Below, in pieces: positions 1-10,548 of a stretch of DNA of 64,000 nucleotides (the first letter of the stretch is position 1; each line of letters begins with the position of its first letter). Position numbers and translations under genes: made by a program. The stretch is from contig WYEM01000040.1 of assembly GCA_009903775.1 (NCBI GenBank), positions 14,781 through 78,780 of the forward strand. Direction: 5' to 3'. The stretch is from Nitrososphaerota archaeon (GTDB taxonomy: Archaea > Thermoproteota > Nitrososphaeria > Conexivisphaerales > Conexivisphaeraceae). Under the pieces are notes generated by a model. That model did no database searches and had not been told where the DNA came from. It saw only the letters and a program-made list of their open reading frames with translations.

Positions 1-1212
1 GAGATAGCGCTTCTGCTGGCGAGGGAGGGCGGGAAGCCCATCAGGGACGCGCGCGTCGAGGTCGGGCGCGCCGTCTCGCTATTCCGCGCGGCAGCCGAGG
101 AGGCGCGCTTCGTGCTCGAGGGCAGCGTCTATCGGGTGGACGCCTACGATTACCCGCCGGGGAACGACCGCAGGCTCGTCCTCAGCGTGCGCGAGCCCCT
201 GGGGATAGTGGGCGCTATACTCCCGTTCAATTTCCCGGCCAACAGCTTCGCTCACAAGGTGGCGCCCAACATCGCGGCCGGCAACCCCGTCGTGGTCAAG
301 CCGGCGCCCGCGACCCCGCTGACGCCCCTCCTGATGGCGGAGGTTCTGTACGGCGCGGGGCTGCCCAGGGGGGCGCTCAGCGTGGTCCCGGGGGGCGCTG
401 AGGCGGGCGACGCCCTGGTGTCGAGCAGGAAGGTGTCCGGGATCACGTTCACGGGCTCCACGGCCGTGGGGCTGAGCATAGCCTCGAAGGCCAGCTCCCT
501 GGGGAAGCGCATCATGATGGAGATGGGGGGATCCGATCCGCTGATAGTGCTGGAGGACGCCGACGTGGCGGCGGCGGCGTCGACCGCAGCCAGGGCCAGG
601 TTCGAGTACGCGGGGCAGAACTGCAACGCGGCCAAGAGGATACTCGTTAGCTCGCGCGTCGCCGGCGACTTCATGAGGGCCTTCAGGGCCGCCGTGGCCT
701 CGATGAGGGTGGGCGACGCGACCGATGAGTCGACCGACGTGGGGCCGCTCATATCGGAGCGGAGCGCGGATGCCATGGGGGAGATAGTCCGGGACGCCCT
801 GGAGAGGGGAGGCAGGCTGGAGCTGGGGGGGCGCCGGATGGGGAGGCCGGGATTCTTCTTCGAGCCGACCGTCATCAGCGACGCGCCTCCCGACTCGCGC
901 GCCATGAGGGAGGAGGTCTTCGGGCCCGTGGCGCCCGTCCGCGAGTTCTCGGACGAGGACGAGGCGATCGAGCTGGCGAACTCGACCGTCTACGGCCTCC
1001 AGGCATCGATATTCTCAAGGGACCTCGGGAGGGCGCTCAGGATCGCCAGGAGGCTGGCGGCCGGGGCCGTGATGGTGAATGAGAGCACCCGCCTCAGGTG
1101 GGATGCGCTGCCCTTCGGGGGCGTCAAGTTGAGCGGCCTCGGCCCCAGGGAGGGCGTCCGTAGCACGATCGAGGCCATGACCAACCTGAAGATTCTGTCG
1201 TTCAACATCTAA
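1..1212 (+). CDS. NAD(P)-dependent aldehyde dehydrogenase (5' truncated by window)
   Basis: Frame open from base 1; PFNFP, FTGS, EMGG, GQNC, EEVFGP and PFGG motifs. Confidence 0.95.
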   Translation, partial: EIALLLAREGGKPIRDARVEVGRAVSLFRAAAEEARFVLEGSVYRVDAYDYPPGNDRRLVLSVREPLGIVGAILPFNFPANSFAHKVAPNIAAGNPVVVKPAPATPLTPLLMAEVLYGAGLPRGALSVVPGGAEAGDALVSSRKVSGITFTGSTAVGLSIASKASSLGKRIMMEMGGSDPLIVLEDADVAAAASTAARARFEYAGQNCNAAKRILVSSRVAGDFMRAFRAAVASMRVGDATDESTDVGPLISERSADAMGEIVRDALERGGRLELGGRRMGRPGFFFEPTVISDAPPDSRAMREEVFGPVAPVREFSDEDEAIELANSTVYGLQASIFSRDLGRALRIARRLAAGAVMVNESTRLRWDALPFGGVKLSGLGPREGVRSTIEAMTNLKILSFNI

Positions 1213-1278
1213 GCCCGATGTTAACAGTCGGGGTTCTATAGAATGCTTTATTAATGATGAGGTCCCCTGTAGCCTGAA

Positions 1279-1896
1279 ATGGCCTTCAAGAAGTATGAAC
1301 TTCCGCAGTTGCCCTACAAGCTCGACGCGCTGGAGCCCTACTTGAGCAGGGACATAGTGGACGTCCACTACAACGGCCATCACAAGGGCTATGTGAACGG
1401 GGCGAACGGCCTCCTCGAAAGGCTGGACAAGGTAGTGAGCGGCGGGCTCGCGCAGGGGCAGTACGACATCCAGGGAATACTCAGGGGATTAACGTTCAAC
1501 ATAAACGGGCACAAGCTCCACACGCTGTACTGGAACTCGATGGCGCCCGCCGGGAAGGGAGGTGGGAAGCCCGGGGGATCGCTGGGCGACCTGATAACGA
1601 AGCAGTACGGGTCATTCGAGCGCTTCAGGCAGGTCATGACGGAGGCGGAGAACTCCCTGCCGGGGACCGGGTGGACGGCTCTCTACTACGACCAGGAGAC
1701 CGGGAACCTCCAGATAATGACCATCGAGAACCACTTCATGAACCACATAGGCGAACTGCCGATAGTACTGATAGTGGACGAGTTCGAGCACGCCTACTAC
1801 CTGCAGTATAAGAACAAGAGGGCGGACTACGTGGAGGCCTGGTGGAACCTGGTCAACTGGGACTACGCGGAGCAGAGGCTCAGGAAGTTCCTCTGA
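1279..1896 (+). CDS. sod: Fe/Mn superoxide dismutase
   Basis: [16 protein letters not shown] and DEFEHAYY motifs. Confidence 0.97.
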   Translation: MAFKKYELPQLPYKLDALEPYLSRDIVDVHYNGHHKGYVNGANGLLERLDKVVSGGLAQGQYDIQGILRGLTFNINGHKLHTLYWNSMAPAGKGGGKPGGSLGDLITKQYGSFERFRQVMTEAENSLPGTGWTALYYDQETGNLQIMTIENHFMNHIGELPIVLIVDEFEHAYYLQYKNKRADYVEAWWNLVNWDYAEQRLRKFL

Positions 1897-2771
1897 GCGC
1901 CTCGCGCGATCTCGATATTGTAAAGTTTTTTATATATTTCCAGCGTTTTCATGTAAAATTCCTCATCCATGGCGCCAGAACGTATGAGGCGATGGACCCT
2001 CTTGGAGAGGCCCCAGGGGGTCGTGACCGCGCCGGGCCTCGCGGGGTCGTCCAGGAAGTCGCTCTCGATGACGAAGCGGGGCCCGTGGCGGATCGCCTCC
2101 TCCAGCTCGCCCCTCCTGCCGGCCGGCACGCTGGGCGCCATGCCGACGGCCGACGCGGGATCTATGGAGCTGGGGAGGGCGTGGTGGAGCACTATCCTGG
2201 AGGGGTCCACGCCGGCGGCCGATGCCATTGCGTACATCCTGCGCACGGTGTCGGGGTTCGCCCTCTCCGAGTGCACGTGGACCACGCCGCCGTGATCCCT
2301 CGCGGCCCTCAGCGCCATTAAGGTTATCCTGTCGCAGAGCTCGACGAGCGACGGATCGGCATCCCAGTGGGGCCTGCCGTACTCGCCGTAGCCGGACGCC
2401 AGCCCCTCGTCGACGAACCTCGCCGCCAGCCTGACGCTCAGTTCGCCGAATTCGAGGACATCGGCCGGCGAGCGGCCGGCCCCCAGGAGCTCGGCCACCT
2501 CTGCCGGGTGGAATCCCAGTATGGCCGCGCCCAGCAGCCCCTCCTCCCGCGCCTCGCGCGCCGACTCGACGACCATCGAATAGGACCTCTCAAGGTCGTC
2601 CCTGGACCCGGGGGAGAGCCCCAACTCACGCGCGGGGAGCGACACCAGCACGAGCAGCGCACCGCCGGAGGCCCTGAACCTCCGGGCGATCTCGCGGGCA
2701 CCCATCCCCCTGACGGGGTTGGCGTGGGCGTGGTTGTCCGCGATGGGGACTCTGGCCTCCGGCCGCGCCAT
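1863..2771 (-). CDS. TatD-family metallohydrolase (ends 1902 if CGA terminates)
   Basis: [18 protein letters not shown] and ESDFLDDP motifs; in-frame CGA at 1902-1904 after KLYNIEIA. Confidence 0.85.
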   Translation of the reverse strand: MARPEARVPIADNHAHANPVRGMGAREIARRFRASGGALLVLVSLPARELGLSPGSRDDLERSYSMVVESAREAREEGLLGAAILGFHPAEVAELLGAGRSPADVLEFGELSVRLAARFVDEGLASGYGEYGRPHWDADPSLVELCDRITLMALRAARDHGGVVHVHSERANPDTVRRMYAMASAAGVDPSRIVLHHALPSSIDPASAVGMAPSVPAGRRGELEEAIRHGPRFVIESDFLDDPARPGAVTTPWGLSKRVHRLIRSGAMDEEFYMKTLEIYKKLYNIEIARGAQRNFLSLCSA

Positions 2772-2777
2772 CCGCTA

Positions 2778-3328
2778 TCACTTCGACGCGTTGCCCTCGA
2801 GCAGGCCCAGCCCTATGTGCGCCCGGTCTATGTGCCTCGAGAGCTCCTCCTTGGTCTGGAACGTGCTGCCGCAGAACGGGCAGATGTATCCCTTCGGCAC
2901 CCTGGGCACGGGCAGGAGGGCCGGTCCTCCCGGGCCGAGCAGGCGCTCGAGCGTCAGGGGTCCCCTGAGGCGGCCGTCGGCCCCCACCACCTCGAGCCTC
3001 CTGAAGCCCCTCGAGGCCAGAGGGCCACCGCCTCCTCGACGAGGGTCCCCTCCCTCACGGACTCAAGGGGCCTCGAGGCCAGGCGCCCCACGGGGGTCGA
3101 GTTCGGGTCCAGTCCCTCGGCCACGAGCCCGTACGGCACGTCCCTCTCGGTGACTATCCCGAGGGATCCATCGCGGAACCCGTCCACGGCGGCGCACTTG
3201 CCGCGCTCGCGCATCGCAGCCGCGACCTCCTTGGCGCTCGAGGACTCGTCCGCTAAGAGCGGGTCGCCGTCAGCGAGCTCTTCCGCGCGCTTGGACAGCA
3301 CCTCCCTCAGCCAGCTGGCCCCGGACAT
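2778..3328 (-). pseudogene. CBS-pair plus C2H2 zinc-finger protein, 1-nt frameshift near 3020
   Basis: GIVTERD CBS motif in one frame continues as (M)ASRGFRRLEVV...CPFCGSTF...HIDRAH in another. Confidence 0.8.
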
Positions 3329-3353
3329 TGGATCCGGTACCGATCGGGCACCC

Positions 3354-4265
3354 TTAAGGGTTGCTGGGCCCGGAGGGCGCGAACTCAACTAAGTAGTACG
3401 CCAGCCCCAAGTAATCGCCCAATACGTTCTCGACGTCCCTCGCTGTGTATCCGGATCCCAGCAACTCGGATATCCTGCGCGCGGCGGCCTCCGGGGAATG
3501 GCCGCCCCACGGGATCTTGGACACCAGCGACGCCGCCAGCTCGGCCGCGGATCTGCCGACGCCCCTCAGCTCGGCGAACACCCTGGCCGCCCGGCGCGGA
3601 TTGCTGGAGGCCTCCTCCATGGAGGGGAGCGATCCCGACGCGGCTGCGGCCGAGACCTCCAGCATAGCCTCCGCCTTCTGCTGGGAGAAACCGAGCGACT
3701 TCAGGCCCTCGATCCCGAGCGCCGCGACGGCGGCGGGATCGGGGGGGCCGTAGAACTGCTCGCCGCGCACGGAGGAGGACGGCGAGGTCCTCCTCACGAG
3801 CGCCGCCAGGGCGCGCAGCGGCTTCTCCTGCCCCCACGCGAGCGCGATTAGCAGCGCCTCATAGACCCCCGTGGCCCTCGCGGGGCGCAGTCCGAAGCTC
3901 CTCCAGGCCAGGGAGTGGAGGGGGGTGCCCTCGGTCCTCCTCATGAACTCCATGTAATCCACGTCGACCGACATCACCCACGATGCGATCGACTGGGCGT
4001 CGGACCTCGCGCCGCGCCCCGAGTCCTCGCCCCCGGCGACCTGCACCTGGAGGAGGGGGAACTGGCCCTCCGACCTTATGGAGACTGAGAGCGGCCTAGG
4101 GGAGCCTCCAACCCCCGCGAGGAGCCTCAACCTCTTGGCGCCGCTCTCGTAGATGCAGGGCAGGGGCTCGCCGCTCAGGCAGTAGGCTTCGAGGTGTGGG
4201 CTGATCCTGTATGGAGGGGACGGCCTTATCGATATCTGCTCGGAATCCCCCCTCGTCGGGCCCAT
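3354..4265 (-). CDS. AlkA-like HhH DNA glycosylase
   Basis: YEALLIA, LGFSQQKA and LRGVGRSAAE helix-hairpin-helix motifs. Confidence 0.7.
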   Translation of the reverse strand: MGPTRGDSEQISIRPSPPYRISPHLEAYCLSGEPLPCIYESGAKRLRLLAGVGGSPRPLSVSIRSEGQFPLLQVQVAGGEDSGRGARSDAQSIASWVMSVDVDYMEFMRRTEGTPLHSLAWRSFGLRPARATGVYEALLIALAWGQEKPLRALAALVRRTSPSSSVRGEQFYGPPDPAAVAALGIEGLKSLGFSQQKAEAMLEVSAAAASGSLPSMEEASSNPRRAARVFAELRGVGRSAAELAASLVSKIPWGGHSPEAAARRISELLGSGYTARDVENVLGDYLGLAYYLVEFAPSGPSNP

Positions 4266-4309
4266 CGCTCATCGCCCCCGTGCCAGGACTCGAAGGCCCT
4301 CAGGATCAA

Positions 4310-6790
4310 TCAGACCACGCGCTCCAGGCGATCGAGGCGATCCTCCAGGCGGCGCTGATCCTCGCGCAGGCGATCCAGGTCCTCGCGGAGCCTCGAGTAA
4401 TCGGCGCCCTTCTCCATCGCCTCGCGGATCTTCCTCGCGGTGTCCCGCGACAGCCTCCTTATCCTCCCGTCCACGTCCCTCCTGGAGGCCTCGTCGAGGG
4501 CGTCGAGCAGCCTCCCGCTGAGCATGCGCCCCGCGGCCTCGACAGCCGCCCTCCTGACCCTGAAGGAGGGGTCCCTCAGCAGATCGCGGACGCGGTCGAT
4601 CGCCCTCGCGCTGTCCGGGAACGCCCCGAGGGCCCTCGCGGCCGCGGCCCTCACCAGGGTATCGTTGCCGCCCTCCGTGTACTTCAGGATCACGGAGAGC
4701 GCTTGCTCGCCGCCGGCCTTGGAGAGCCCCTCTATGGCCCCGGCCGTTATGGACCAGTTGTGGCCCCCGTATCCGAGGGCCTCCACGAGCGCCGGCACGT
4801 ATTGTTCGCCGCCGGCGCGGCCCAGCGAGGACGCCGCGCGGGCGCGCGTGTAGTAGCTCTCGTGGGCATCGGCGAGGAGCGACTTGAGCGCCTCGGCGGC
4901 GCGCGGCTCCGACCTGAAGGAGCCGAGGGCCTCGGCGATCGCCTGCCTGACCCTGGGGTGCCTCTCCGAGGCGAGCGCCGAGAGGAGCGCGCTCAGCGCG
5001 GGGCCGCCGCCCACCTTGCCCAGGGCCCTGGCCGCCTCCGCCCTAACGCCCCAGAACGCGTCGCTGGAGAGCGCGCGGGCCAGGGCCTCGACTGCCCTGG
5101 CGCTGCCGTCCTCCTCGAGCGCCGCCACCGCCTCGAGCCTGCACGCCAGATACCGGGAGGAAAGCTCGTTGATGGCGTCCTCGAGCCCCTTCTGGGGCCT
5201 CCTCTCCATGAAGACGGTGAGGTCCGGGTCCAGGCACACGTACCTCGGCTTCGCGTCGATGCGGATCTGGAAGGTAGTGCTCCTCTCATCGAGCCTCAGG
5301 CGCACCCTGCGCTCGCCGTCGTCGGTCGCTATCAGGGCGTCCATCTCGAGCGCGTAAACCGGATAGGAGTCCTCGCCCTGGGCCTGCTCCACCTTCAGCC
5401 TGAGGAGCCCGGAGGAGGGATCGTACTCCCACGAGTAGCGCACGACCGGGTGGCCGGATGAGTATAGGAACTGGTAGAAGAACCAGTCGAGCCTCCTCCC
5501 GGAGGCCTCCTCCAGGAAGTCCTGCAGGTCCTCCGTCGAAGCGGAGCCGAGGCCGCGGGCCCTCAGGTAGCTGCCCAGGGCTGACCTGAAATTGTCCTCC
5601 CCCACGACGTTCGCCAGGTGCCAGAGGACCAGGCACCCCTTCTCGTAGCTGTGGGAGTCGAAGAGCTCCTCCGGATCGCCGTACACGCGGAACACTATGG
5701 GCCGGGCGTACCTATCGCGGTACTCGGATAGGTAGGTGCGGAGGCACCTGTGAAGCGTGTAGCGGAACTCGTCCTCGCCGAGGGAATGCCTCTCGTAAAT
5801 GGCCTCCATGAAGGTGGCGAAGGACTCGTTGAGCCATATGTGGGGCCAGTCCTCCGCGGTGACCAGGTCGCCGAACCACTGATGGGCCAGCTCGTGCGCC
5901 ACGAGGGGATCCGACGTATAGTCCTCCGCGCCCGGGCAGGGGAACTTGGACCCGGGGCAGTGGGCGTGCTCATCGTGGAGCGTGTAGTCCATCAATATCG
6001 TCGCGGTCGTGTTCTCCATCCCGCCGTAGATGAACTCGGGGACCGCGACCTGCTTATAGTTGGGCCAGGGGTACTTCACCCCGGTGTACTCCTCGTAGAA
6101 CCTGAGGATGTCGCAGGTCCTGTGGAAGCTCAGCCTCGCGTCCCCGGACGCGTACTTGGGCACGTAGTACTCGAGCTCGATCCCGCCGCAGTCCTCCCTC
6201 ATGACCACGAAATCGCCGGCGGCGAAAGCGATCAGGTATGGCGAGTGGGGCCTCTCCATGGCCCAGGTCCACTCCGCGCGGCCCCCGGCCTCCCTGACGC
6301 CCTTCAGGACGCCGTTCGACACGGCGGTCATGCCGGCCGGCACGTCGATCGCGACCTCCGTCGGGAACTTCACGTAGGGGGCGTCGGGGAGCGGTATCCA
6401 GTACCTGTTGTCCTCCGGCTCACCGTGGCTCCAGACGTACACGCCGCCGCGCTCGACGAAGTACACGCCCTTGCGTGGGGCGACGGAGTACGAGATGGAG
6501 ACCGAGTGGGACCCCGGGTCCGCGGGGATCCGCAGCACCCTGCCGTCGTAATGGAAGCCCGCGGCAGCGCCGTCCACGGAGACCCCCTCGATCCTCATCT
6601 CGCGGGCGTCGAGCTCTATCTCGCCCCGCGACTCCAGATCGTAGAGGGCCGTCCCGCTCATGGTCCTCGAGCTAGTGTCTATGGATATCCTGAGCGAGAG
6701 CGAGCGTGGGCTGTAGCTGTATGCGCGCTGGAACCTCGGCGAATAGTCCGGATAGAGGAATCCCCTGCCGGTCAGGTACTCCAGGCCCAC
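4310..6790 (-). CDS. pepN: M1 aminopeptidase with C-terminal HEAT repeats
   Basis: GGMEN, HELAHQWFG..WLNE, YEKG; HEAT-like repeats and coiled coil; GTG start inferred. Confidence 0.93.
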   Translation of the reverse strand: MGLEYLTGRGFLYPDYSPRFQRAYSYSPRSLSLRISIDTSSRTMSGTALYDLESRGEIELDAREMRIEGVSVDGAAAGFHYDGRVLRIPADPGSHSVSISYSVAPRKGVYFVERGGVYVWSHGEPEDNRYWIPLPDAPYVKFPTEVAIDVPAGMTAVSNGVLKGVREAGGRAEWTWAMERPHSPYLIAFAAGDFVVMREDCGGIELEYYVPKYASGDARLSFHRTCDILRFYEEYTGVKYPWPNYKQVAVPEFIYGGMENTTATILMDYTLHDEHAHCPGSKFPCPGAEDYTSDPLVAHELAHQWFGDLVTAEDWPHIWLNESFATFMEAIYERHSLGEDEFRYTLHRCLRTYLSEYRDRYARPIVFRVYGDPEELFDSHSYEKGCLVLWHLANVVGEDNFRSALGSYLRARGLGSASTEDLQDFLEEASGRRLDWFFYQFLYSSGHPVVRYSWEYDPSSGLLRLKVEQAQGEDSYPVYALEMDALIATDDGERRVRLRLDERSTTFQIRIDAKPRYVCLDPDLTVFMERRPQKGLEDAINELSSRYLACRLEAVAALEEDGSARAVEALARALSSDAFWGVRAEAARALGKVGGGPALSALLSALASERHPRVRQAIAEALGSFRSEPRAAEALKSLLADAHESYYTRARAASSLGRAGGEQYVPALVEALGYGGHNWSITAGAIEGLSKAGGEQALSVILKYTEGGNDTLVRAAAARALGAFPDSARAIDRVRDLLRDPSFRVRRAAVEAAGRMLSGRLLDALDEASRRDVDGRIRRLSRDTARKIREAMEKGADYSRLREDLDRLREDQRRLEDRLDRLERVV

Positions 6791-6901
6791 GCCTCCATCA
6801 ACGTTAATACGGAAAATAAGCATTGGGGATGGCCCTGCCCGTGCCAATCCGCCGGCCGGGCCCAGCGATATCCAAATTTATCCGCGCGGCGCAGGGAGCG
6901 C

Positions 6902-7354
6902 GTGGGCCTCTGGTACTTCGCGTTCGGCAGCAACATGAGCACTCGAAGGATGAGGAGGGCCGTGGGCTCCTGGGACGACGCCAGGAGGGCGTTGCTGCGC
7001 GGCTACGAGGCGGGATTCTACTCCTACTCGCCGCAGTGGGGGTGCGGCGTCCTGGACTTGGAGGAGAGGGAGGGCGCTGTGACCCGCGGCGTGGCTTACC
7101 TGATAGATGATGCGAGGGCGTCGGTCCTCGACAGGTACGAGGGCGTCCCAACGATCGCTAGGAGGCTCCACGTGAGGATAGAGGTGGAAGGGATAGGCGA
7201 GGTCGACGCGTACACATACGTCATGGTAAATAAGCGCAGGTTCGTTCAGCCATCGAGGGCGTACCTGGACTCGGTCATCAGCGGGCTACGCGAGTGGGGG
7301 TACGACCAGCTCGTGGAGGATGTGCTGCGCAGGGCTAGGCCGCCCGGGACCTGA
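6902..7354 (+). CDS. Gamma-glutamylcyclotransferase family protein
   Basis: YFAFGSNM, LDRYEG and PSRAYL motifs. Confidence 0.88.
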   Translation: MGLWYFAFGSNMSTRRMRRAVGSWDDARRALLRGYEAGFYSYSPQWGCGVLDLEEREGAVTRGVAYLIDDARASVLDRYEGVPTIARRLHVRIEVEGIGEVDAYTYVMVNKRRFVQPSRAYLDSVISGLREWGYDQLVEDVLRRARPPGT

Positions 7355-7952
7355 TGCAGACGAAGCCCGCGCGCGGATTCGAGGACGGGCGCTCCCTGTG
7401 GGGCGCGTCGAGGGGGCCGTAGCTGAGGGTGGACGAGATTGTGTCCGGATCCAGGCCCGCCGAGCGCATCATGGATTGCAGCTCGTCCGTCGTGTAGAAT
7501 CTCGCCAGGCGATAGAATGGCCCGCCCTTGGATGCATAGTACCTGCCCCACTCGCTGTCCGCCGGCACTATGCACGCTGCGACCACCCCGCCGCCCCTCA
7601 GCGCGCGGCTCGCCTCCACGAGCGCCCCGGTCGGGTCGTCCAGGAAGCACAACGTGACCACGAACAGCACGTAATCGAGGGAGGAGGCCCTCAGCGGGAG
7701 CCGCTCGGCCGGGGCCCTCAGCACCTCCACGCCCCTGCCGGCTGCCGCGCGCAGCATGCCCTCGCTCAGGTCTATCCCGATCCGCGCGCCGAGCTTGGAC
7801 GCGAACCTCCCCGTCCCCACGCCGATCTCCGCGCCTAGGCCGCGGAGACCGAGCGCCGCCACCGCGTCCAGCTCGTTCTCATAGGTGATGTTGTTCCTGG
7901 CGTACCACGAGTCATACCTCTCCACCAGGTCTCCGAAGACGCGCCAGGACAC
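7335..7952 (-). CDS. Class I SAM-dependent methyltransferase
   Basis: EIGVGTGRF, GIDLSEGML and AERLP motifs. Confidence 0.9.
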   Translation of the reverse strand: MSWRVFGDLVERYDSWYARNNITYENELDAVAALGLRGLGAEIGVGTGRFASKLGARIGIDLSEGMLRAAAGRGVEVLRAPAERLPLRASSLDYVLFVVTLCFLDDPTGALVEASRALRGGGVVAACIVPADSEWGRYYASKGGPFYRLARFYTTDELQSMMRSAGLDPDTISSTLSYGPLDAPHRERPSSNPRAGFVCIRSRAA

Positions 7953-8257
7953 GGCGATGAGGGGCGCGATCCTCCTTAATAGCGGATAGGTCTGGCATTC
8001 GAGGTGGCTCCCCCCGAAGCCGCGGGCCGCGTTTCACTAAGCCCGCGATCCAGAGCCGCGGCGTCCAGCGCGTCCCATCCAGCTGCGGCGACGCCCCCAG
8101 CTCAGACGCGATCCACATCGGATCGGAAGGATGCTCATTGCGGAGACGAGCGGGGGGGGCTCCCCTCGGATTTAGGTTCATCGATCGGCTTAATGAATCA
8201 TGGCCGGCTGAGGCCGCACAAAGTTTATATCTAACCACGCGTACATGTTGCTTGAAA

Positions 8258-8434
8258 ATGAGCACTTGGGAGGCGTTCGACGTCAAGGCGAGGAAGAAGG
8301 TGAAGATCATCGACCCCGAGATCAAGCAGCTGAAGAACGGCCGCTGGGCCGTCGTCGGCAAGAGCGCCGAGACCGGAATCAAGGTCTTCAGGTTCCTGAC
8401 GAAGGCCGAGGCGGAGAAGTACGGCAAGAAGTGA
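8258..8434 (+). CDS. Small basic protein (58 aa), CC1/DUF5679-like putative chromatin protein
   Basis: Lys-rich FDVKARKKV...KSAETGIKVFRFL; TTTATA box at 8224. Confidence 0.7.
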   Translation: MSTWEAFDVKARKKVKIIDPEIKQLKNGRWAVVGKSAETGIKVFRFLTKAEAEKYGKK

Positions 8435-8600
8435 CGCGATCGGGGCCCATTCCCGAGAACTCGCAATTTTATTTTTCATCCGATTGTTCCCTCAGGCTAG
8501 GCAGCGAGCGCCCTCGCGCGCCCCAGGAGGCTCGGTCGCGGGGGGTTCTCGGTCTAACTTAAATAGGGGCTGATCCGGTAGGCCGGCAATCGGGATACGG

Positions 8601-10016
8601 TTGGCCGATCTCGACGTCGTGATAGTGGGCGGTGGCCCCGCGGGCCTCTTCGCCGCCTACGAGCTGGCCACGGCGTCCAAGGGGAAACTTCGCGTCGCGC
8701 TCGTCGAGCAGGGACTGGAGGCCTCCAGGCGCATCTGCCCGATGAACGTGCTCGCCGCCAGGGGTAAGAAGCCCGTGTGCGTGGGCTGCAGGCCCTGCCA
8801 CGTGATGAGCGGCCTCGGCGGCGCTGGCGCGTTGAGCAGCGGGACCATAAATCTCAGGCCCGACATAGGAGGGGACTTAGACAGGCTCGTGGGGAGCTGG
8901 GAGAAGGCGGACGAGCTGATACGCTACGTGGACTCCGTGTTCGTCCGGTTCGGGGCCCCGGATCGCCTCTTCGTGCCCGACAGGGACAGGTCGAGCGAGC
9001 TGGAGAGGCTCGCGGCGAGGGCCGGCGCCCGCTTCATACCGGTAGTGCAGAGGCACATGGGCACCGAGAACACGCCCAAGGTTATAGACGCGCTCACGGA
9101 CTACCTGGAGTCCTCCGGGGTCACTATAATGACGATGACCAAGGCCCACGATCTGATCAGTGACGGGGGGAGCTACTCGGTGCTCACGAGCAGGGGGGAA
9201 CTGAGGTCCCGCTACGTGATCCTGGCCCCCGGCCGCAGCGGTGCCGAATGGTTCTCGGAGCTCTCCAGGAGGCGCGGAATAGAGGTGGAGCCGGGCCCGC
9301 TGGACATCGGGGTCAGGGTGGAGGTCCCGGCCTACGTCGCGGAGCCCGTGACCTCCGTCGTCAGGGACCCCAAATTCATAATGTACACGCGCAAGTACGA
9401 CGACAAGGCCAGGACCTTCTGCACAAACCAGGGCGGCTACGTGGTCGAGGAGTACTACGAGGACGGGACCGTCGGCGTCAACGGCGAGAGCTACGCTTCG
9501 AGGTCCAGCAGGAACACCAACTTCGCCCTCCTGGTCACCGTCAAGCTGACCGATCCGCTCGAGGACACGATAGAGTACGGCAAGTCCATAGCGAGGCTCG
9601 CGACCAGGCTGGGCGGCGGGAGGCCGCTGCTGCAGCGCCTCGGCGACTTGGAGGCCGGCCGCCGCAGCACGCGCTCGAGGATAGAGAGGAGCCTCGTGGA
9701 GCCCACGCTCGGGGACTTCACAGCCGGCGACATATCAATGGCGTACCCGCACAGGATAGTGGAGGACCTGCTGGAGGCGCTGGCGAAGCTCGACGTGATA
9801 ATGCCGGGGGTCGCCTCGCCCCAGACGCTCCTCTACGCGCCGGAGATCAAATATTATAGCGTTAAGGCCAGGGTGAGCGGGCGCCTCGAGACGAGCCTAG
9901 AGCGCGTCTACGCCGCGGGCGATGGCGTCGGGCTCTCGCGCGGGATAAACGGCGCGGCCGCGACAGGGGTCCTCGCGGCCCGCGGGGTGCTGGAGAGGGA
10001 GGGCCTGCTGCCCTGA
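8601..10016 (+). CDS. FAD-dependent oxidoreductase (COG2509-like)
   Basis: GGGPAG, Cys cluster, GVRVE, RTFCTN, APEIKYYS and AGDG motifs. Confidence 0.9.
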   Translation: MADLDVVIVGGGPAGLFAAYELATASKGKLRVALVEQGLEASRRICPMNVLAARGKKPVCVGCRPCHVMSGLGGAGALSSGTINLRPDIGGDLDRLVGSWEKADELIRYVDSVFVRFGAPDRLFVPDRDRSSELERLAARAGARFIPVVQRHMGTENTPKVIDALTDYLESSGVTIMTMTKAHDLISDGGSYSVLTSRGELRSRYVILAPGRSGAEWFSELSRRRGIEVEPGPLDIGVRVEVPAYVAEPVTSVVRDPKFIMYTRKYDDKARTFCTNQGGYVVEEYYEDGTVGVNGESYASRSSRNTNFALLVTVKLTDPLEDTIEYGKSIARLATRLGGGRPLLQRLGDLEAGRRSTRSRIERSLVEPTLGDFTAGDISMAYPHRIVEDLLEALAKLDVIMPGVASPQTLLYAPEIKYYSVKARVSGRLETSLERVYAAGDGVGLSRGINGAAATGVLAARGVLEREGLLP

Positions 10017-10028
10017 CGCGCGCGGAGC

Positions 10029-10328
10029 TCGGCCCATAGTGAGGATCTTTATCCCCCTGATCCTTATGTTCACAGCGTAGCCGGCCTCCGCGAGGCCCCT
10101 GGCCGCCTCCGCCAGATCCCTGAGGTCCCTCAGGGCCTCCGCGGGCCTCAGAAGGACGCGCCCCCCTAACCTCCTGATGTCTATGGTCAGGGAGTTGCCC
10201 TCCAGGGATATCCACGCCTCGCTCCCGCCCACGGACACCCTCCCGTTCAGCCTAAGGTATGCAGGGGGCGCCTCGAAGGAGATCCTGCTGCCCCGGGCCG
10301 ACAGCTCAGCCCTTAGGCGCAGCCTCAC
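10029..10328 (-). CDS. Hypothetical protein (CGA end at 10029; standard-code stop at 9897)
   Basis: Host-like codon usage up to KILTMG; beyond the CGA it would overlap the convergent gene by 120 nt. Confidence 0.55.
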
Positions 10329-10497
10329 GCTTGCCGCCCTCGACCACCTTGAGGATCAGCTTCCCTCCCACGTTATTGACCTCGAGCTCCAGGCCCTCCG
10401 GGATCTCCCTCTCGGTGGCCTTCCCGAGCAGTTCCACAACCTTCTCGGCCAGAGCGTCGTCGATCTCAATATCCATGTTAACCAGTATCTTGGCCAT
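10306..10497 (-). CDS. Small hypothetical protein
   Basis: MAKILVNMDIE...; TATA-like ATTATTATA upstream; overlaps the next gene start. Confidence 0.55.
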   Translation of the reverse strand: MAKILVNMDIEIDDALAEKVVELLGKATEREIPEGLELEVNNVGGKLILKVVEGGKREAAPKG

Positions 10498-10548
10498 CCC
10501 GTCCCACGTGGGATCGCGCTCTATAATAATCTTTCCAAGGCGCGGCTG

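Noticed and set aside
8095-8145. Possible box C/D sRNA on the minus strand (CAATGA...CCGA...CTGA)
   Set aside because: Boxes are degenerate, guides are short and no target could be verified.
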